Shown piece after piece: positions 57,257 through 64,000 of a stretch of DNA of 64,000 nt. The stretch is from contig DHIO01000006.1 in the NCBI GenBank assembly GCA_002403855.1, forward strand, positions 111,356-175,355, given 5' to 3'. Both the position numbers and the translations under genes were made by a program. Below the pieces are notes generated by a model that was not told where the DNA came from, did no database searches, and saw only the letters and a list, made by a program, of their open reading frames with translations. Source of the DNA: Acidimicrobiia bacterium UBA4744. GTDB lineage: Bacteria > Actinomycetota > Acidimicrobiia > Spongiisociales > UBA4744. Numbering within the stretch: the stretch's first letter is position 1; each line of letters opens with the position of its first letter.

Positions 57257-60200
57257 AGGACTTCCTGCTCGACCCGAGCGATGGCGATTGATAGAGGCGT
57301 CCCGTCCAGATCGATTTGAATCCCTGTGATCTTGGGTTCTCGGGTAATCGCCCCCGCCAGCACTTCTGCGGCGATGACCTGCTCGTGCGTCGCGAAGGCC
57401 ACAGCGATCTGCTCGGACTCGCTCGACCACTTCACCCGAATGCGATCGGTCACCTCGAATCCACCATCGCGACGAAGCTGTTGAATACGGTTGATCAGCT
57501 CACGAGCTATTCCTTCGATTTCGAGCGCCCGAGTGACTGCGGTGTCGATGGCAACCGAAAACGGTCCTTGGGTGGCCACGACTACGCCCTTCTTCGGGAC
57601 TCGCCGCACGATGACGTCCTCGGAGGTTATCTCGTGACCGGCTACTTCGGTGGCGGCGCCCGCCAGCAACGCCTGTATCGACTCCCCGTCTAGCCGCTCG
57701 AGGGCGGTGGCCACCGTTTTCACGTCCGCGCCCAGGCGTGGGCCCAACCTCTTGAAGTCGGCCTTGATCTTCAGATCGACCAATTCGGTCTCGTCCCGAC
57801 CTACCCGCACCTCCTTCACGTTCAGTTCTTCCGCGATCAACCACGCGTGTGACGAAACCGATTCGGCGAGTCCTTCGTCGCGCGTCAACACGGTCAGCGA
57901 CGGCAACGGCTGTCGAACCTTCAGCCCATGAGTGACTCGCAAGGATCGTCCGAGGGCAACGACCTGTCTCACCCAACGCATGTCCGTCTCCAACTCCGCA
58001 GAGATGAGTTCGGGGCGAGGCTCGGGATAGTCGGTGTGGTGCACGCTCAGCGGACCACCGGCACCGGCCGGGCGGTGGTCGATGACCATCCGCTGATACA
58101 GCTCCTCGGTGACGAACGGAAGCACCGGGGCGATGACTTTGGAGAACGTGACCAACACCTCGTACAGGGTGGCAAACGCTGCGATCTTGTCGGTGTCGTC
58201 GCCGCTACGGGTACGCCAGAAACGACGCCGCGAGCGCCGGATATACCAATTGGTCAGATGGTCGATGAATTCGATCATCGGCGGAACGACCGAGTAGAGG
58301 TAGTAACCCTCCATCTGCTGGTTGACGGTGGCGATCAGGCTCTGCAGGACGGAGAGGACCCACCGGTCCAGCTCGGACCGGTCGGCGGCCTTCGGAGCCT
58401 TTTCCAGGTCGTCCATGGTGATGCCGTCTGCTTCCGCGTAGGTGGTGAAGAACGAAAAGGCGTTCCACAGCGGAAGAATGACGGTCCGGGTTACCTCGCG
58501 TACTCCGGCCTCGGAGAAGCGGAGGGGCTCGGCCCGCAATAGCGGAGAGTTGATCAAGTACGCTCGAAGGGGATCTGCCCCGTACGAAGAGAGGATGTCC
58601 ATGGGGTCGGGGTAGTTCTTCAGACTCTTCGACATCTTTCGCCCGTCCTCGGAAAGGATCAGGCCGTTCACCACGCAGTTGCGGAAAGGGACGTCGTCGA
58701 AGACGGCTGCGGCTAGAACGAGCAGCGTGTAGAACCATCCGCGCGTTTGGTCGAGGCCCTCCGCAATGAAGTCGGCGGGGAACTTCCGCTCGAACGTCTC
58801 GGAACCTTCAAAGGGATAGTGATGCTGGGCGTAGGGCATAGAACCCGAATCGAACCAAACGTCCAGCACCTCCGGAACGCGAGACATGAGCCGACCGCAC
58901 TCGGGGCACGGGAAGGTGACTTCATCGACGATGTGCTTGTGCAGGTCTTCGAGCCTGACGCCCGACAGCTGTTCGAGTTCATCCACCGATCCAACGCAGA
59001 CGGCGTGTTTCGTCTCTCCGCACTCCCACACGGGAATGCAGCTGCCCCAGTACCGGTTTCGGGAGATGGCCCAATCGCGGGCATTCTCCAGCCAGTTCCC
59101 GAATCGCTTCGTCCCCACGTAGTCGGGCACCCAGTGGATGGTTTCGTTGAGCGCCACCATGCGGTCCTTGAACCGTTCGACCCGAACGAACCAGGTGGGG
59201 ATTGCCTTGTAGATGAGCGGGGTCCCGGTTCGATAGCAGAAGGGATAGGAGTGATGAATCTGCTCGCGGCGGAGGAGGAGACCGCGCCGCTTGAGAAGGT
59301 CCATGAGCAGTGGATCGGCATCCTTCACGTACATGCCGGCCACGTCGGGTACGTCGTCCGTGAAGCGCGCCTCCAAATCCACCGGGTCGAGCATGAGCCC
59401 GATGCCGTTTTCCTGAAGGGCGTAGAAGTCGGCTTCACCGTAAGCGGGTGCCATGTGTACCAGCCCGGTGCCCTCGTCGGTTGTGACGTCGGGGCTGGAT
59501 ATGACCCGGAATGCGCCCTGGTCGCGCAACTCCTCGAAGTAGTCGAAAGGCGGGTCGTAGTGGACGCCGAGCAAATCCCGACCCGCTGTTGCCGCAACCT
59601 GATCGGCTCCCGGCCAGACTTGATCGGCCAGTTCGGCGGCCACCCAGTACCGGTGGTCGTCGACCTTGACCGCGACGTACGGTATGTCTTCGCCGACTGC
59701 GACGGCCAGGTTGCCGGGCAGCGTCCAGGGTGTGGTCGTCCAGATGGTCAGGTAGTCACCTTCCCGGACGGGTCCGTGGCTCTTGAGCACGCGGAGCCGG
59801 ACCGTGATGGCCGGGTCGTCGACATCCCGATAGTCGAGGTTCGCCTCGAAGTTGGACAGGGGAGTCGACGCGCCCCATGAGTACGGAAGCACCTTGAAGT
59901 CCTTGTACACGAGGTCCCTGGCCCACAGTTGTTTGAATACCCACCACACACTCTCCATGAACTCGATGTCCATGGTCTTGTAGTCGTCCTCGAAGTCGAC
60001 CCATCGGCCGATCCGTCGGGTGATGCGCTCCCAGGTCTCGGTGTTGGTCTCGACCTGAGCCCGGCAGGCTTCGTTGAATCGATCGATTCCGTACTCAGCG
60101 ACATCCCGAGGGCCGTTCAAGCCCAGCTTCTGCTGAACTTCCATTTCGATCGGGAGACCATGGGTGTCCCATCCGAAACGGCGCACCACCCGGTGGCCGC

Positions 60201-60435
60201 GCATGGTCCAGTAGCGGGGTACGACGTCCTTGATGACCCCGGCGAGGAGATTTCCGTAGTGGGGACTGCCGGTAGGGAAGGGGGGACCGTCGTAGAAGGT
60301 GTATTCCGATTCGGCGGGTCGCAGCCCTACCGAAACGGGGAACGCGTCGATCTCATCCCACAAGTCCAACACGCGCTCCTCGAGCGCGGGGAACGACACG
60401 TTCGGAGGAATCCGCTTGAACGCCCTTCCGGTCAT
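57253..60435 (-). CDS. ileS: isoleucine--tRNA ligase, type 2
   Basis: 1060 aa with a HIGH-region motif (PFPTGSPHYGNLLAG), KMSKS, and the type-2 C-terminal extension. Confidence 0.95.
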   Translation of the reverse strand: MTGRAFKRIPPNVSFPALEERVLDLWDEIDAFPVSVGLRPAESEYTFYDGPPFPTGSPHYGNLLAGVIKDVVPRYWTMRGHRVVRRFGWDTHGLPIEMEVQQKLGLNGPRDVAEYGIDRFNEACRAQVETNTETWERITRRIGRWVDFEDDYKTMDIEFMESVWWVFKQLWARDLVYKDFKVLPYSWGASTPLSNFEANLDYRDVDDPAITVRLRVLKSHGPVREGDYLTIWTTTPWTLPGNLAVAVGEDIPYVAVKVDDHRYWVAAELADQVWPGADQVAATAGRDLLGVHYDPPFDYFEELRDQGAFRVISSPDVTTDEGTGLVHMAPAYGEADFYALQENGIGLMLDPVDLEARFTDDVPDVAGMYVKDADPLLMDLLKRRGLLLRREQIHHSYPFCYRTGTPLIYKAIPTWFVRVERFKDRMVALNETIHWVPDYVGTKRFGNWLENARDWAISRNRYWGSCIPVWECGETKHAVCVGSVDELEQLSGVRLEDLHKHIVDEVTFPCPECGRLMSRVPEVLDVWFDSGSMPYAQHHYPFEGSETFERKFPADFIAEGLDQTRGWFYTLLVLAAAVFDDVPFRNCVVNGLILSEDGRKMSKSLKNYPDPMDILSSYGADPLRAYLINSPLLRAEPLRFSEAGVREVTRTVILPLWNAFSFFTTYAEADGITMDDLEKAPKAADRSELDRWVLSVLQSLIATVNQQMEGYYLYSVVPPMIEFIDHLTNWYIRRSRRRFWRTRSGDDTDKIAAFATLYEVLVTFSKVIAPVLPFVTEELYQRMVIDHRPAGAGGPLSVHHTDYPEPRPELISAELETDMRWVRQVVALGRSLRVTHGLKVRQPLPSLTVLTRDEGLAESVSSHAWLIAEELNVKEVRVGRDETELVDLKIKADFKRLGPRLGADVKTVATALERLDGESIQALLAGAATEVAGHEITSEDVIVRRVPKKGVVVATQGPFSVAIDTAVTRALEIEGIARELINRIQQLRRDGGFEVTDRIRVKWSSESEQIAVAFATHEQVIAAEVLAGAITREPKITGIQIDLDGTPLSIAIARVEQEVL

Positions 60436-60760
60436 CAGTCCGCTCCTCGCCGGCGTTCTCCGGCACCTTGCCGGAGAGGTTCCGGGACGGGCGTGCTATC
60501 GCCCGCGGTACCACCCGGCTTGCCAAAGAGCCCGGAGGCGCTTCGACCGCTCGATTGCCCATTTCGAAGGGGAGATCGGCAGGTTCTACCTCCGGCGTCC
60601 TGCACCGGCTTCTTCCTGCAGCTCCAGGGTGATGTCGATCGGGCGTCGGAACACCGGCCTCTCACCATCTGCCGGCTCGCTGGGTTCGACCTATCCGACC
60701 GCGCGTCCCTATCAGCGCCAATACCCGGGCATCGTAATCGGGCCGGGTCCCCAGGCCAAC
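60436..60760 (-). ncRNA. T-box riboswitch leader of ileS (likely a translational, SD-sequestering type)
   Basis: The minus strand carries the T-box consensus GGGTGGTACCGCGGG (plus-strand 60504-60516 reads CGCGGTACCACCC), followed by the CGGGCGatagcaCGCCCG hairpin and a GAGGAG SD immediately before the ileS ATG. The boundaries are approximate. Confidence 0.6.
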
Positions 60761-60779
60761 CATGTACGCTGGGATTCCG

Positions 60780-61100
60780 ATGGAGACCCGTGAGCCGGAA
60801 GGACCGGATTTCGCGTGCGCGGTCTCGAGCCGCGACGGTGGGACCGTTGTCGAAGTCTGGGCCGTCCCCGGCGCCTCGAAGACCGAGATCTCGGGTGTCC
60901 ACGGCGGTGCGGTGCGAATCAGGGTATCCGCTCCCCCCGAGGGCGGCCGCGCCAACCGGGCGCTGGTGGATCTCCTGGAGACCATCACCGGAGGCGAGGT
61001 GCAGATGATCGGGGGGCGAAGCTCCCGCCGAAAACGGTTCTTCGTTCGGGAGATGAGTTCAACCGAATTGATGCGTCGGTTTGCAGAGCAAACCGGATGA
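60780..61100 (+). CDS. DUF167 (YggU) family protein
   Basis: METREPEGPDFACAVSSRDGGTVVEVWAVPGASKTEISGVHGGAVRIRVSAPPEGGRANRALVDLL matches the YggU pattern. Confidence 0.65.
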   Translation: METREPEGPDFACAVSSRDGGTVVEVWAVPGASKTEISGVHGGAVRIRVSAPPEGGRANRALVDLLETITGGEVQMIGGRSSRRKRFFVREMSSTELMRRFAEQTG

Positions 61101-61138
61101 CTCTGCTAGGTTCCTGCGCTCAGAGAAGAAGAGGTGAA

Positions 61139-61510
61139 ATGTCGAGGCAACTGGCTCAATCGACCCTTGACAAGTTCCGGACGGTCCTCGAGGAAGAGCG
61201 GGCCCGCTTACGTGCGCTTCTCGAAGAGCACGAAATCGAGAGGGAGAACGCCAGATTGGCCGAAACCGCCGCCGAGCGTAGCCCCGACCCGACGAGCGCC
61301 GAGGGTGGCTCCATGGTTTTCGAGTACGAGAAGGACTTGTCGGTCGACGCCAACACCGAAGACCTCCTTCGTAAAGCCGAGAATGCGCTGGAGCGATTGG
61401 ACAAGGGTGAGTACGGCATCTGCGAGTCATGTGGGACCGCTATTCCGGTTGCTCGCCTTTCGGTGCTGCCCTACACGACCTTGTGCGTAGAGTGCGCACA
61501 ACGTCACTGA
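61139..61510 (+). CDS. DksA/TraR-family C4 zinc-finger protein
   Basis: Coiled-coil N-terminus followed by CESCGTAI...CVECAQ. An AGAGGTG RBS lies upstream. Confidence 0.75.
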   Translation: MSRQLAQSTLDKFRTVLEEERARLRALLEEHEIERENARLAETAAERSPDPTSAEGGSMVFEYEKDLSVDANTEDLLRKAENALERLDKGEYGICESCGTAIPVARLSVLPYTTLCVECAQRH

Positions 61511-61962
61511 AGACTTCCCGGCTCACCGCCGCCGGCATTGCTGCCGCCGTCGTCCTCGTCGATCAACTCACCAAGGCGTGGGCGCGGTCCGCTCTCGAAG
61601 GCTCGGTAATCGACATCATCCCGGGTTTCTTGCGTCTGGCGCTGGCCGAGAATCCGGGGGCGGCGTTCGGGCTCTTCCAGGGCGGCGGACAAATCATCGC
61701 CGTTCTCGCGGTGGTGGTAGTTGGAGTGATCTTCATTGCCTTCAGGTCGGTCGACCGATGGTGGGACTTGATCGGACTCGGGTTGGTGCTGGGGGGCGCC
61801 GTCGGCAACCTGATCGACCGGGTGACTCGGGGCGATGGACTGTTGGACGGAAAGGTCACCGACTGGATCGATCTTTGGTTCATCCCCAACTTCAACGTTG
61901 CCGACGCCGCGATCTCGATCGGCGTCGCCCTACTGCTGCTGGGGGCGCTGCGGAAACCATGA
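61492..61962 (+). CDS. lspA: lipoprotein signal peptidase II
   Basis: Four TM helices, with the conserved NxGAAFG (NPGAAFGL) and FNVAD motifs. GTG start. Confidence 0.8.
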   Translation: MRTTSLKTSRLTAAGIAAAVVLVDQLTKAWARSALEGSVIDIIPGFLRLALAENPGAAFGLFQGGGQIIAVLAVVVVGVIFIAFRSVDRWWDLIGLGLVLGGAVGNLIDRVTRGDGLLDGKVTDWIDLWFIPNFNVADAAISIGVALLLLGALRKP

Positions 61963-62867
61963 AGGTCCTCGTACCTGGTGAGCTGGCCGGAGAACGGGCG
62001 GACAGAATCGTCGCCGTCGCCGCCGGTCTCAGCCGTTCAACCGCCCGCAACCTGATCGATGAGGGACTGGTGCTGTTCCAGGGCCGGCCATTGGACCCCA
62101 GGCAAAGGCTGGCCGAGGGGGTTGAACTGTCGATAGAAATGCCGCCCGAACCTCGGCTGGAGCCCGAGGACATCCCGTTGGTCGTCCGCTATGAGGACGA
62201 CGATGTGGCTGTGGTCGACAAACCGACCGGAATGGTGGTCCATCCGGGCGCCGGACGAGCGACGGGTACGCTCGCCGCAGGCCTGCTGGCCCGGTGGCCG
62301 GGATTGGAAGGGGTCGGCGAGAAAGACCGGTGGGGCATCGTCCATCGCCTGGACCGGGATGTGTCGGGGTTGCTGGTCGTCGCCTTGACCTCCCGCGCCC
62401 ACGAGGTGCTGGTCGAGGCGCTCGCCTCACGTCTGGTCACCCGCGACTACCTTGCCCTGGTCTGGGGAGTCTTCGATGCGGCCACGGGCACCATCGACGC
62501 TCCGATCGGGCGGGATCCGCGGGCGCCGACCCGCATGACGATTCAGGCGGAGGGGCGTGCCTCCCGGACCCACTATCGCCGGACGGCTTCCTGGTCCTTA
62601 CCGGACCTCTCGAGACTGGAAGTGAGCCTGGAAACCGGTCGGACCCATCAGATCCGCGTCCATCTCGCCTCGATAGGCCATCCCGTGGTGGGTGATCGGG
62701 CTTACGGCCGACCCGGTCCTCCCGGAATCGACCCGCGACGAGTGTGGCTCCATGCGGTCCACGTGGAGTTCGATCATCCGGCCGGTCGAAAAAGGAGGAT
62801 CTCCGTGACCTCTCCGCTGCCCGCAGATCTCCAAACGTCGCTGGACCGGCTCGGACCTCCTGACTAG
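61958..62867 (+). CDS. rluD: RluA-family 23S rRNA pseudouridine synthase (RluD-like) with S4 domain
   Basis: S4-like N-terminus, the HRLDRDVSGLLVVA catalytic motif, and TGRTHQIRVH. The ATG overlaps the lspA stop. Confidence 0.85.
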
Positions 62868-62915
62868 GCCGTCGACGATCAGTCGGCGGGCCCGGGCGGT
62901 AGCTGCTACGGGTGG

Positions 62916-63956
62916 TTACCCGAAGAAGGTCTGGGCCACGTCGTAGGTGGCTTCGTCGACGCCCCTGATGTCGGCACACGCTTCCTCGAGTGGTACGGGA
63001 ACGATATCCGAACCCCGCACGGCGACCATGACACCCGCGGCTCCTGAAACCGCCAGATCGGCGGCTCCCACACCGAGCCTGGTGCCCAGAACCCGGTCGA
63101 AGGCGGTAGGAGTCCCGCCTCTTTGCAGGTGGCCCAATACCGTCACCCGGGTCTCAAACCCGGTGCGCTCCTCGAGCACCGGGGCGATTTGATATGCCAC
63201 TCCTCCCAGTCGCTCGAACCCGAACGCGTCCACCTCCGTTTGCGGTCGCGCGACGTCCGGCGGCGGCTCGATCCCTTCGGCTACCACCACCACCGAGTAA
63301 GAGTGTCCGCGGCGGTGACGGGATCGGATGACGTCGGCGACTTCGGTCAAGTCGTAGGGGATCTCCGGAATCAGCACCGCGTCGGCGCCGCCGGCGATAC
63401 CGGCGTAGGTGGCAATCCAACCCTTGGTTCTCCCCATCACCTCGACCAGCATGATCCGGTTGTGGGACTCGGCCGTCGTGGTGATTCGATCGATCGCTTC
63501 CGTGGCGATTTCCAGTGCAGTGTCGAACCCGAACGTCCAGTCGGTCGCCGCGATGTCGTTGTCGATGGTCTTGGGTACTCCCACGACTTTCAGGCCTTCT
63601 TGGGAGAGCTTCAGCGCCGACAGAAGGGTTCCGTCGCCTCCAACCACCACCAGAGAATCGATGCCGTTGCGCTCGAGGGTCTTCCTGACGCTTTCGTATC
63701 CATCTCCGTGGACGTAGGGGTCCATGCGCGAAGTGCCCAGGATGGTCCCTCCTCGGGCGAGAATGCCGCGAACGGCATCCCGGTCGAGCGACCTGGTCCG
63801 CCCGTGCATCAGCCCTTCCCATCCGTTGAGAATGCCTACGACTTCGGCTCCGTGACGTTCCGTAGCCCTGGTCACCACGGCGCGGATCACTGCGTTGAGT
63901 CCGGGACAGTCGCCGCCGGCGGTGAGGACACCGATTACTTTGCTCATTGGGGACAC
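62916..63956 (-). CDS. pfkA: 6-phosphofructokinase
   Basis: GVLTAGGDCPGLNAVIR, VVGGDGT and GVPKTIDNDI motifs. Confidence 0.9.
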   Translation of the reverse strand: MSPMSKVIGVLTAGGDCPGLNAVIRAVVTRATERHGAEVVGILNGWEGLMHGRTRSLDRDAVRGILARGGTILGTSRMDPYVHGDGYESVRKTLERNGIDSLVVVGGDGTLLSALKLSQEGLKVVGVPKTIDNDIAATDWTFGFDTALEIATEAIDRITTTAESHNRIMLVEVMGRTKGWIATYAGIAGGADAVLIPEIPYDLTEVADVIRSRHRRGHSYSVVVVAEGIEPPPDVARPQTEVDAFGFERLGGVAYQIAPVLEERTGFETRVTVLGHLQRGGTPTAFDRVLGTRLGVGAADLAVSGAAGVMVAVRGSDIVPVPLEEACADIRGVDEATYDVAQTFFG

Positions 63957-64000
63957 CTTCGCGGTGTTCGGGTTCCTAGTACAGGAACATTGGTTTGCCG

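Noticed and set aside
1-64000. CRISPR arrays, tRNA/rRNA genes, tandem repeats.
   Set aside because: No regularly spaced direct repeats were found, and no intergenic region has tRNA-like size or structure. Intergenic spacers are mostly under 150 bp and are accounted for by promoters or leaders.

Overview
High-GC (about 70%) bacterial chromosomal segment, almost certainly from an actinobacterium. Supporting evidence: type-2 IleS preceded by a T-box leader, DivIVA, SepF, YggT, and a complete mraZ-rsmH-ftsL-ftsI-murE-mraY-murD-ftsW-murG-murC-murB-ftsQ-ftsZ dcw cluster. The left third holds housekeeping genes: aminotransferase 3' end, alpha-glucan phosphorylase, threonine aldolase, a fabD-fabH-fabG-acpP-fabF operon, NUDIX, DinB, and a MoxR/DUF58/transglutaminase triad. 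The middle third (about 22.9-40.2 kb) is the notable part. It is a dense redox island encoding a group-3c-like [NiFe] hydrogenase (large and small subunits, MvhD, maturation protease). With it are an unusually large HdrA-like flavoprotein carrying an inserted GltD/NfnB-like NAD(P)H module, HdrC and HdrB, and EtfB/EtfA. Two further HdrD-type CCG-domain Fe-S proteins are present: one soluble, and one fused to a NarI-like membrane cytochrome b domain (EtfD-like). A dedicated signalling module sits between the two arms: a cNMP-domain histidine kinase, a receiver-kinase hybrid, and a CheY-like regulator. Near-perfect CRP-type palindromes lie in its two promoter regions. Together this looks like a candidate H2 / NAD(P)H / ETF / quinone-linked flavin-based electron-bifurcating Hdr-Mvh supercomplex under cyclic-nucleotide-responsive control. 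The many extra six-frame ORFs, which are Arg/Pro/Gly-rich and overlap real genes in other frames or on the opposite strand, are high-GC artefacts.
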